Assembly: GCF_006345805.1 (NCBI RefSeq)
Contig: NC_042998.1
Coordinates: 147,498,001 to 147,562,000, forward strand
Source of the DNA: Octopus sinensis
Lineage: Eukaryota
Reading direction: 5' to 3'
Length of the DNA stretch: 64,000 bases
Notes under the pieces: generated by a model
Database searches by the model: none
What the model was told of the DNA's origin: nothing
What the model saw: the letters and a program-made list of their open reading frames with translations, nothing else
Made by a program: the position numbers and the translations under genes
Shown here: positions 28,471 to 40,376 of the stretch, one piece after another
How positions within the stretch are numbered: the stretch's first letter is position 1
How the letters are laid out: every line of letters starts with the position of its first letter

Positions 28471-28546
<76 letters not shown>

Positions 28547-28603
28547 TACACACATACACATATTAATCGAAGTGTACAGTACTATATATCCATTATAGAC
28601 GAT

Positions 28604-28688
28604 GATACTACTAGGTTTCGCGCTAGGGATTCAACGGAGTGTTAGGTAACAATCCAATTATGTAATCCTACGCTCATCAGGGATAGCC
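28604..28688 (-). ncRNA. Hammerhead-like motif in the left arm of a fold-back
   Basis: CUGAUGA gcguagg...ccuagcgc GAAAC cua GUA; stem II supported, stem I weak. Confidence 0.5.
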
Positions 28689-28762
28689 GTTAAGATTACC
28701 TCTGATAAGCGCAGGGTTATATAATCGGACTGTTACCTAACACTCCGTTGAACCCCTAGCGC
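28620..28762. repeat. Inverted repeat, ~62 bp arms, ~20 nt spacer
   Basis: gcgctagggattcaacggagtgttaggtaac... / ...gttacctaacactccgttgaacccctagcgc; arm differences are almost all transitions. Confidence 0.93.
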
Positions 28763-28875
28763 AAGATCGGCCGTAATGACAGATATGCGAGTGCATATTT
28801 TCCTGACTTATGGACTTTTAGACGACTTATACTTATATACATACATACATACATACATACATACACATACATACA

Positions 28876-28907
<32 letters not shown>

Positions 28908-29041
28908 ACACAAACACGTGTGTGTGTATGTGTTCGCGCGTGTATATACTATTAATCTATTAAAGAAATTCGTTGCCAAATTCAAAATGAGATAAAATTT
29001 CACTGGAATCTGAACTTCAATAGTTTTTTATTCGTTGAAAT

Positions 29042-29248
29042 CAGTAGTTCCCAACCTTTGTTATCCTCCGCACCTCTAAAACCTTTTGATATGTTCTCAC
29101 ACCCCGCAAAGTAATAATTTATATAAGAATAAAGGTGCCTGGGGTAAGTGCTCTCTTTGACCCCGTATAAATCTAGCCCTGCTCGCACCTCCTGGAATGC
29201 TATCTCGCATCCCTAAGGGGTGCGAGTACCTCTGTTCGGGATGCCCTG
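29042..29248. mobile_element. hAT-type MITE
   Basis: TIRs cagtagttcccaac / gttcgggatgccctg; 8 bp TSD gttgaaat / gtttaaat (7/8). Confidence 0.75.
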
Positions 29249-30320
29249 GTTTAAATGGAAAGAAAATTTGACATCGGTTGTTTGTAGACATAAAGTACCA
29301 ACTACTGTAATTTTAGCTCGGTTTGAAAACAGCCGTTTCTAGAATTACTTCAATCATATCAAATGATCAGTTTTAAGCTTCATTTTGTCTATTTTTATAT
29401 TCAAACTCGAGGAGGAAGGACGTGGGAAGAAAGCATATGCAATTAACTGAAATCACTTTATTTCCACTTAACCGGTCAATTTTACATTGATTAAACTGTT
29501 AATGATTAAATATATATTTTTAGATAGCTGCAATTACTTGAATTATGCAAGTCTTTTGAATAAATTGCCCTTGAGCCCTTTATATCATTGACGTCGCTTT
29601 TGTATTTGTTAAAACATTGTTGATAGGAAATAATGTCTCTAAACAGGTGTGTGTGTGTGTGTGTGTGTGACATTCACCATAGTGGTACTGGTTAAACTCT
29701 AATGCAGTTTCTCTTGTAGCCATTAAATTTTCGAATAACGATCACTAATAGCAAACTAAATGTAATGTACAAACGCTACAATAACAAAAAAATTATCTAA
29801 ATAAACGGATGTCCCATCATCAGTTGTTGTATTAGAAATCGTTGTGGTTGTTACAAACGCTCACACGCATTTACACACGTACGTATTTTTCTACATGAAT
29901 TTTACCAGCTTCCTCATCGTGATCATCTTTTTACCTTTGCGGATATTTTTCAGTTTTTTATCATCTCCTTGACATTCCAACAAATACTCTGGACCTTTTA
30001 CAACTTTTCGCTTTTCAGTATTCATAGCTTTTTTCTCTTTTTTTCCAAATTTTAATCGAAACCTTCCTCCTTTGTTACAAAAACATTTCATTTCACACCT
30101 TACGTAATTTTGTCATACATTTTCATTCGTATCAAAAATGTCTTCTACATTGTTCGAGCCATCTCATTTGTTTCACAAATTTCCTTTTCTCTCACACTCG
30201 CACCTGCTCTCCCCTTCTCATATGCACACTTTCACACCACCCACCTAATGTTTACAGCAACATGCACATCACATACTACACTATATTTACACACACAAAC
30301 ACACACACATAATTATATTA

Positions 30321-30379
<59 letters not shown>

Positions 30380-30384
<5 letters not shown>

Positions 30385-30870
30385 ACAAAGATGGGACAAG
30401 AACGCAAAACATCCAGATAGACGATACAAAGAAAACAAGGACGGGTCATTCGGAGTTTTCTTTCCTCAGTCGAGTTCCAGGTTATCTTTGCAGTTTCAGC
30501 TGGTTATACTCGAGATTGCTCCAATCTGGCCAGCCCCAAGGAAAAACTAAGCTAAGAGCATTAGATTCCTTGGAAGAAAGCAGTGAATGTGTACGAAAAC
30601 AAGGACGGAAAAACGGAGAAAGTTATACAAATACAAATAACAGGACATAACAACAGATGTCTTTCGACTAAGGACAAATTAAATTAAACTGGCGTGTGTG
30701 GAAGTAAAGCCTTACGGCGGGGATACAAGATTTCACAAGCACAGGGAAGAATATAGATGTTGCACGGACGGAATCAAATTTAAATAATCAGAAAATGGAG
30801 AAAACTTTTGATCAACAAGCAAACAAATTGAACCACGTCGGTAGATTATTTTTTAATACAAAACATGACA
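30380..30870. repeat. Unclassified interspersed repeat (possibly a Penelope-like pLTR)
   Basis: First ~170 bp shared with 51120-51292; both copies abut dinucleotide microsatellites. Confidence 0.55.
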
Positions 30871-30997
30871 TAATATTTCCTATGGCCGTCTTCGCTTCCA
30901 ATGTTAGTCGGTGCTTACGAAAGAAATTCTGAAAATAATATTCATCATCTTCATAGCACATTCCATCTAGTACAAGGAGCTAGTTAATATTAATATT

Positions 30998-31111
30998 TAG
31001 GGCTAGTTAATATTTATCCAAAAGCAAAACCGTAGGGTTCTTATAATGGTGTACTTACTGAAATATAAGAACCCTACGGTTTTGTTTTAGGATAAATATT
31101 AACTAGCCCTA
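30998..31111. mobile_element. Tc1/mariner-type hairpin MITE
   Basis: 48 bp arms with 2 mismatches, 18 nt loop, TA at both ends. Confidence 0.75.
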
Positions 31112-32863
31112 TTTACGATATCATAAGTACTATTCTTTTTCTAGACATGTTGGTAATTCTTGTCTTATTTTAATACTAACTTCATTTCACTACTATTCAA
31201 ACACCCTGGTTCCCCCTTTATATAGAAATAACCCGTAAATATTACCCTAGACCACTGCTAGTTCACTCTTTTGTCTATCGACTTCAAAGCTCCACACTGC
31301 AAGATAGTATGATTTTAAAATATTGAACCTTCTGGCCTCTTCTTGAGGCCCTGTTCTTTCCTGTTCCCTCTTCCCTTCCTTTATTTTATTTTACGCAGTT
31401 GTATTCACTCTGATGAAGCTCCATGTACTAGATGGAATCAAAGAATGGATGCGAGACATGAACATTACTGCAATAACCAACGAGAAGTCCAGATTTCAAC
31501 ATAATTGAAAATATGTGAGAAATGTTGGCACAGCATGTAGACTATTGGAAATTGGTTTTAGGAGCCAAAGAAGACTGATAGAAACAAAAAGAGATGTTAT
31601 AGTGAACATGTTTGTCTGGTACAACGAACGAATAGTGCAAATGAGCGAAAAGAAAGGCAAGTGTTTGGACTTCTGAAGTTGAGTGGTGCTGTCCAAAAAA
31701 TATTGTAGCATGATTTTAATAAAATTTTCACAAAATACTACTAAGATTTTTAAATACACCCAGAGTTGAATCACAACAGGAATATTTTACTCTACAAGTG
31801 TATTTATCGCGAAGTGTCCAGAAAATGTGTTGACCCCTTGTAGATTCACAAGAGAGAGAGCGTGCTCTGCTGGCTGTATAGTGGCAGCATACATAAACGA
31901 CGTAATAAAAAGGAGTTGAGAATAAACAAAAAGGGGGCTCGGAGAAATCAGTTGTAATGCGCAAGAGGGAAAACTGCGCTGGTAAGAACTTGTGATGAGT
32001 AGAAAGGATAACAGTTGGGGGAAGAAGTTAAAGTAATTTAAGAATGCTTCTAGAATCTGTCCTGGTGGTCACCGAGAAAGGAGAACAACTAAAATTACTG
32101 AAGGAACTGTCTTTTTTTCACAAAAATTTCTCTCTTTTGACATATTGAAAATGGGAAAGATAAAGTAATTGATAATATTGCAGAAGTTGCTATTCTTTGA
32201 AAAAGGAGGATACATCATCATATGGTTCATAAATTGGCTACATTCCTGTTGGAAGATAAAAATTAAATGGTGATTTGCGTATTTATTCTTAATATGTTCC
32301 AGCAGATTAAGGTGACGAGCTGGCAGAATGCTTAGCAGCATTTCGCCTGTCTTTACGTTCTGTGTTCAAATTCCGTCGAGGTCGACTTTGCCTTTCTTTC
32401 TTTCGGGGTCGATAAAATAAGTGCCAGTTGATCACTGGGATCGATGTAATCGATTTATCCCCTCCACCGAAATTGTTGGTTTTGTATCAAAGTTTGAAAC
32501 CAATATGTTCTAGCAGATTCGAACTCAAAATATGCTAGTCGCTGTTGTGTATGTCACAGGAAAATAGCTCTCCCCTTTACAACGACAGTGTGTTCATAAC
32601 ATATTCGGCTCATTAGCGCAAGGATTCGGGGACTTGGTGATAATAGATGGTTCTGGAACACAGTAGTTGAAGATGCTGACTGAATCGCCGACATTACACA
32701 GACGTTTTACACTAGATGTCATTCAATGTAGTTCATTTTTTTGTATCTTTGTGACAGTGTATGACGTAGAAAAACAGATATAAGGGAGAAGTGGTGGGGA
32801 AAGGGGAAGTTGTGTGTGCGGAGTAGAATTAAAAGCGAAACTGTGGCGGACAGTAATAGAAGT

Positions 32864-32902
<39 letters not shown>

Positions 32903-35900
32903 TACAGAGAGAGAGAGAGAGAGAGTCAGTAGCAAAGAGAGGGGGAAATAAAAGAAGACCATAGCACAAAGGAAAGCGTGTATGTGAAGGAAAGATAGGG
33001 AAGGGGAGAGAGGGAGAGACAGAGACAGACAGCTGGATATTTATAGAGATGTAAAAAGAGAAGGAGGGGAGAAAGAAGAAAATTAAGTTAGCGTGTTTTC
33101 CTACATTTTCCGTATTTCTACAGACAATTCTTAAACCATTTTTCAAATTGTTGACTACGATTTCTACAAACAAATTATTTCTCCACGTCCATTCGACCAT
33201 CCAGTTTCCGTTGTTTGACAATGCAAGTAATTTGTATTGCCAAGATAGGTTTCATCTTTCAGATTCTTGACATCAGTAATGGCACCCTCAGGAAGTTCTG
33301 TTCAATTGAAATACAAACTTTTCAAGACAGCTGCACCACTTCGAAGAATTTATGTCGACGAATCTAAATGTTGATGCAATAATTTGGTGTAATATAAGAC
33401 AGACGTACATAAGCTGATGTAACATTAGACATATGAACACACGTTAGGGTGGATAGGGTTGCTTTGCTCAAGATATATTTGCTGTGTTAAATAAATGTCG
33501 ATCTTGTAGCTTAAAAAAAGACGTTTCAATTGTGACCAACACAACTTTTTCACAGACGTTTTACACTACATATTACTCAATGTGTACTCTATTTTTCTAA
33601 GACGGTAAGGTATGATTTGGGGAATATTTGGCTGCTGTTTCTACAGTAAAGTGTAAGAATCCCTCATTGGCCTATTCTACTTTGTATGATGTGATATGAG
33701 AGAGGAGACCCACCCGTCTCATTTCCCCACCTACAGTTCTGCTCACCCCACTCACCGAGTCCTGAACTAATCCTTCCTTCCCAGAACATCTACCCCCTGG
33801 AATTCATTCCATACTCATGTCTTTCCCCACAAGTGTTGACTTACAAAGGTTCGGGAGAAACATAAATGACATCAGTTTTACCATTCAAAGAAAATCTACA
33901 AAGCCAGAGGCATTGACCCTAACGGCAGTCCCATCAAGAATAAGACCCTGTCTCAACAGTCAAGTTATTTTTGTGCAAAAGCATAGAGTTTCTAATGATG
34001 GAGTGTGGACTGTAAAGTAAGAACATATCGTCGTTGTAAGTAGAGAGAACACTACACATAGTGCCAAATGTTTAGTCGACCTGCAGTACAGAGTTCGGTT
34101 CCTCTTGTGGCCTAAAGACGACAATGGTTAGCCACCGCAATACATAACACTTTCCTTGAATCCCTATATCAAGATTGAATTGGTTATAAAATTATTCACT
34201 ATTATGATGTGACATAGTGTTATGGCCAGTATAGGAGGGAGTTGTCTGTGAAGATTGACTAAAAAAGTGGTAGGATGGGAGTTTGATAAAATTTCAATCG
34301 TTTCAAACTTTTTAAACTTGTTCACCGCCATCAGGAATAGAGAAGAATTAATTATACAGGAGTAAATAAAACTATTCTAGTTCATGACATGCATGCAGAA
34401 CCCCGAAAATCCAAACAATATTGTATCTATTTATTCCTAATATCTTCTAGTAGATTCGAACATGAATATGTTGATTGCTTTTGCATTTCATCATTGGAGA
34501 ATGTCTCATTTTAGACAATATGTGGTCATAACGTATGCAAGATTCACTTAAGTTAGAGGACTTTAAAACAACGAGGTGTTTCGACCTTACTGTGTATCCC
34601 TTCAGTCAAAGCTACTCCAACAGACCGACGAATCTAACAAGAATACAGGCTCTTGATTATAGAAATCAGCAAACAAAACATTTGTTGATCGGTGCTGATG
34701 TCTTCCAAACAGATGGGGTCCACAGAAAATAGTAAGTATCCAAGCAGTAACGTATCTATTCGTTCCCAATACCTTCGAATCTGTCAGAACTTACTGACAA
34801 TCAATAGATACAAAACTATTTAGTTTTCTAAAGAGTGGAGGGAGGAAGAAGTGCACAAAATATTTTCATTAACATCGGGAGTTGGGTGATATTTCTCGGC
34901 TTGTCTTTTCTTAATGTATTACATTGGAGGATGGTACTATTACTGTTGTTTAGCCCAAGGACGGCCCCAATCAAGCAATGTTAAAATCACAGGTATTCCA
35001 GTCGTCTTTTTTAAGCATGTAGGATTGCATTATTTAATTCGTCTTTTATTTAAGTAGAAATATGATTAGCGAGAGATTTGGTTGTTATTTCTAACTGGCC
35101 GAGCGACTATGTAGAACATCATTGGCTGGTTAAAATATAGCTGTATGATGTGATAACATAAACGAGTGCATAGAACGGTATGTATGCGTTGTATGTGTGT
35201 CCCCTTATACAGAAAGTTTATGATATAGTGGATATATCATATATATATATGGGTCTGTACACAATAGTATGTGGGACGTGTGTATCTTGGTTCTGTTATA
35301 CGAATATCCACATGATATAGTGGCTCTGGTTTACGTAGATATGTGGATATTTTGAAATGTAGATTATGGTATAAATAATTGGTAACCTCCATGAATGATA
35401 ACATAAAACAGTAGCACTGTTAAAAAGAGGTTGTTATCGCTATTTAACCAGAGGTCAGCTTTAATTGAACAGATTTGTGATCGTATGTACATTTTTCAGA
35501 CCAATTTCTGTGTCAACTGCTTAATTTGTACCGAGAAACGTTGTCTAGAACCAACATGTTAACTTTTCCGCTTGCTTACGGTAGGTCTCGGCCTCGACCT
35601 TATTTTTCTGTTGTTCTTATTGCTCTCAACCATGTCATCAACTTTTCATTTACGATGAAAACAAGAGACCAACTTTTAAACGTTCTGTTCGGCTTTTATT
35701 ACTTCTGTCTCATTAAAGCTACTACTTAACTGCACAATATAAGTATAAACGAAGAGTTCGTTTCAACAGTTTGCGTTCTACTTTTCAATTGAACCACATC
35801 AAAAACAATAGAAAGTTTAACCCGGTTTAGGTCTTCAACTGATCTACGAAAACGCTGAGCCAAAGTGACCTACATTATATCACAATGAGCAGCAGCTATA

Positions 35901-35929
35901 ATCGGTGACTATCAAAGTAATTGACTACT

Positions 35930-36495
35930 ACTGGCTCTTTGTCATTTACGACGATCAGGGTTCCAGTTAATCCGATCAACCAGCTCGTGAAATTTATGCG
36001 CAAAGCGCTCCACAGGCATGCTTACCCTTAACGTAGTTCTCAAGGAGATACAGTGTGACAAGGTTAGCCCTTTGAAACCAGTTGGGTAAACTGGAGCAAC
36101 GTGAAAGAAAGTGTCACGATGTGCCGCCAGTAATCGAACTCACGAACTTACGATAGTGAACCGAATATCCTAGCCACTAAGTTACACGCCTTCATTTCCT
36201 TAGTGCTTAGGGTATTCAGTTCATGATCGTAAGGTCGTGAGTTCGATTACAAGCAGCGAGTTGAGTCCTTGAGCAAGATACTTTATTTCATACTGCCCCA
36301 GTCCACTCAGCTGGCAAAAATGAGTAGTATCTGTACTTCAAAGGTCTAGCCTTGTCACACTGTGTCGAGCTAGATTCCCCCGCGAACTACGTTAAGGGTA
36401 CACGTGCTTGTGGAATGCTCAGCCAGTCGCTCGTTAATTTCACGAGCAGGCTGTTCCGTTGATCGGATCAACTAGGACGCTCGTCATCGTAATTG
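35930..36495. mobile_element. Head-to-head pair of SINE family C copies
   Basis: Minus copy ~35930-36190, plus copy ~36198-36495; tRNA head gagttcgatt; CORE-like gtccttgagcaagatactt segment. Confidence 0.8.
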
Positions 36496-37103
36496 ATTAC
36501 TAGTAACTGACCAACTGCCTAAATCATTTGACTAAGGTCTGTTACTTGTATGATCTGTTCAAGATTGCTTTCTTTTCTTTTTGTTTTATTTTATTTAAAT
36601 TGTAGGATAAGGATAATGGGAGATTTGGCTGCTCTTTTTAGCAGGCCGAACAATAGCTCAAAGACTCCTGGTTTGACATATTACACAACAGACAGTAGTT
36701 ATTTAACCTGAGGACAATGCTGATCAAGTAGACTTATGCCCACAGACTTTCCAACCGAAACCATCTCGTTTTTTAGAATATGTAAGAACACATTCCTTAA
36801 TATCTCATTTCCTTGTTAAAGACTATTTCAGATTGTATACCACTTCTACCCACTTGTCTCACCAATCTAGGGGTCTATCCATCACACATAAACCTTTGGA
36901 CAAAATCCCTATTTTACTTACTGACAGATTCTATTTTTTACAAATGATACATCTTACCTCCTCCTCCTCCTCATCATCATCTATTTTTCCATGTTTGTGT
37001 GGATCAAACAGGAGTATTTTAGGGCTGCTTTTTTATGGCTAGATGTCTTTCCTAATTCCTTAATTCTCATTTGTTTCCAAGATGATAATAATATCCCAAT
37101 CTT

Positions 37104-37430
37104 TTAAACCTTTAGCATTTAAACCCTGCCAAAACAGACACAGTAGCCTGGTGTAGTCTTCTACCTAGCTGGCTCCTATCAACCATCCTACCCATGCATG
37201 ATTGGAAGACAAACGTTAAGTGATGATGATGATATCAGGCACAAATATCCTATCTGCTTTATGTTCAAACTGGCCAGATCTGGCCTATCTCACCTACCCT
37301 ATAAAGACATTCTAAAATAAAGTCACATCATCGAAATCTCAAAGCTATGACATAATGCAGGATAAATTCAAAACAATGTGAATAAATAAGCATTACATTT
37401 AACAGAGTAATCTGAATGCTAAAGAGTTAA
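37104..37430. mobile_element. piggyBac-like MITE with nested RTE-tail fragment
   Basis: ttaa-acctttagcattt ... aatgctaaagag-ttaa; insert ~37135-37235. Confidence 0.75.
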
Positions 37431-39700
37431 ACAGTCCAGGCATAGCAATGCACCAGAGAATTGGAAACAAACGACACTATATCAATGATATTTTTGTTTA
37501 CAAACATCATGTAACATGTCAAGACATGCATTATATAATAAAACATTTTTGATAGATTTGCAGTTAAGAAAACAGTCTAATTAGAAGACAATGATTATCA
37601 ACTAGACGCTCTCTTGGAAGACACCAGCAATTATTGTATCATAATGAATAGTTTAACTGAGATGTAATGATGGTTTTAAGAGACCATTAAATAAAACCTA
37701 ATTAGAGTTTAATTGCTATTAACATACTCTCCCACCACTTCTATAGCAAAACATTATCAATGGTAATTATGTATTAAAACAATATTAACCCAATGGGAAC
37801 TGTTTAATGATATAACTGAAGTTTACGGTAGACTACTTATCTTTTATCTTTTACTTGTTTCAGTCATTAGACTGTGGCCATACCGGGGCACCACCTTGAA
37901 GAAATTTTAGTTGAATGAACTGGCCCCAGTACTGATTTTTTAAAAGCCTGGTGCTTATTCTGTTGGTCACTTTTGCCAAACTGTTAAGTTAAGGACATAA
38001 GCACATTAAAACCAGTTGTCAAGCAGTGGTGGGGGACAGACACACACACACTACGGGCTTCTTCCAGTTTTTGTCTACCAAATCTTCTCACAAGGCTTTG
38101 GTCGGCTTAAGGCTATAGTAGAAGACACTTGCCAAGGTGCCAAGCAGTGAAACTGAACCTGGGATCATATGGTTGGGAAGTAAGCTTCTTACCACACAGA
38201 CATGTCTGTGCCTACTTAGGTCTTAGTTTAGCTAACAGAAGCCTTAAGTCACCACCATTATCATCATCATCGTCACTGTCACTTTTTTCTGTCTGCCTTG
38301 CATACTGCTGTGTGTTGGATCTTTGACAGGATCCAACAGGCAGAACTACACCATGCTCTTGGTATGGTTTCTATTGTTGAATGCCCTTCCTAATGCCAAT
38401 TATTTTGCAGTGTTTTAAGTGAGTTTTTTTCTTTTCCATAGAGACTGAGAGAGTGGTGACTTTAGGTGAGATTCTGAGAAGTGAAAGTATGACAGAGGAA
38501 CAGGTTTACTGTGATGAGGAGAATAACAGAAACAGGGCCAGGGACGGGAGTAATAGAAAGGAAATAGAAAGAGTAGCATTAGTGGGTTAGTGAGAGAGTG
38601 ATAAGGAGTGCAGTGGAGTAAGAGATTCAGGGTTACCCCCTGTTGTATAGGGTGAGGCATCATCATTTAACATCCACTTTTCAGTGCTAGCATGAGTTAG
38701 ACATAATTTGTTGAGGCAGATTTTCTATGTTTGGATGTCCTTTCTACTCTAACCCTTGCCTCTTTCTAAACAAGGTTATATTTCCAATGGTAAAATGTGG
38801 GATGAAGTGATTAGAAAGGATCTACAGACATTGGGACTCACAGCAAGGATGACAGGAGACTGAGACTCCTGGTGGTTTGTTGTGCTTGTAACTATCAGAT
38901 GATGCCAAGACATGGGAACACACACATTATACACCCCTACACACTGGGCTTCTTTCAGTTTCTGCCAACCAAATCCACTCAAAAGGTATTGAATGACCGG
39001 GAATTATTGTAGAAGACACTTACCTGAGATGCTACACAGTAGGACTGAACCTGAGGCCATATGATCGGAAACCAAGCTTCTCAACCATACATTTTAAAAT
39101 CAATCACCAAGATTAATTACAAGTCAAACAATTATTGACCAACAAATTCCTAATCATAGTAAAACAGTCATCATCATTTTAATGTCTACTTTCCAGTTTG
39201 CATGGATCAGATGGAATTCGCTAAACAGTGTTGGTTACTAATAGAAACTGAACAAAGATTATACTTAGACTTTTCATTTATTTTATCATCATTTTCATTG
39301 CCATATCTCTAGTGTTGAAGTCATAATAAAATACATCCAGTAAATTCTGTAAAGTGTGAGATCAAGAGGACCCTCTAAATCAGTTGACAACAATCCCTAC
39401 AGCAATGGTACCAAGAGAAAAATCACTCAGTACATCCTGTAAAGAGGTTGGCATTAGGAAGAGCATTCTGCCATAGAAACCAGATCAAAAATTTAACATA
39501 AGCGAGATGAAGTCGTCCAACCTAGGGGGCAGTAACTCTGAATAGGAACCAATACTGATTGCAATGACTCATCTAACCCATGCCTGCATAAAAAGGTAAC
39601 ATAAATAAAATGATAGTGATGACACCGTTAGAAAAGGATTGACCTGTAAGCTGGAACCAAATAAATCAACAAACAAGACATAAATAATATTTAAAATAGT

Positions 39701-39706
39701 TTTATT
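39701..39706 (-). terminator. Candidate polyadenylation signal AATAAA
   Basis: AATAAA on the minus strand ~540 nt after the stop codon; common in AT-rich DNA, so weak evidence. Confidence 0.35.
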
Positions 39707-39944
39707 TCATTGCCATTTGGTTTCTTGTATATTTTATGATAATAGATGTATATGTTTACATGTAATATATAAGTAACTGAATAAAGTAGTTTCTGTGGGG
39801 TGATACTGTTTTTATCTGTCGTGGAAATATGAATGAGAAGTAGAATAAGGGAAAGAGAGATTGATATAAAAGAAAGAAGAATGAAGATTAAAAGGAGACA
39901 AATATAAACAAAAGATAGATAAGTAGGTAGGTAGATAGATGATG

Positions 39945-40000
<56 letters not shown>

Positions 40001-40244
40001 AAGAGAAACTGAAAAAGAGAGAGGCAGACAGACAAGAAGTGCTCTCATTACCAACACTGTTTACTCTCTTGCAAATGTAATGCAATGACAACAGCCAGAA
40101 GAAAAACAAAGATCAAGAATGGAAATTTCATAGATTTTGGTAAATTCAGTTGACATTAAAGCAGGCAACAATGCCATTCCTTGGAAGAATATACCCAAAA
40201 CTGTTTTTATGGATAGTGCTCTAAAACATTGCCACAGGATGGTT

Positions 40245-40307
40245 CTAACCAAAGTATTCCTCAAGGTATGCAACCCACTCTTTGACAGAAGCATCCGTGT
40301 TGGTAGG
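40245..40307 (-). CDS. Exon 13, terminal coding part (PTNTDASVKEWVAYLEEYFG*)
   Basis: tctcctttccattgcag|CCT ... GGT TAG; phase 0. Confidence 0.88.
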   Translation of the reverse strand, partial: PTNTDASVKEWVAYLEEYFG

Positions 40308-40337
40308 CTGCAATGGAAAGGAGACTGTGGTTATTTA

Positions 40338-40376
<39 letters not shown>

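Noticed and set aside
30445-30485. CUGAGGA/CUGAAGA...GAAU motif in the 30.4 kb and 51.2 kb repeat copies
   Set aside because: GAAU instead of GAAA and no proper stem III/NUH; not called a hammerhead
31410-31460. CTGATGA gctccat...atggatgc GAGAC
   Set aside because: Stem II is present but GAAA is mutated and no cleavage triplet or stem I is found; at best a dead relic
34575-34615. Minus-strand CTGAAGG...GAAAC hammerhead-like string
   Set aside because: A9 is mutated and stem III is mispaired; too degenerate
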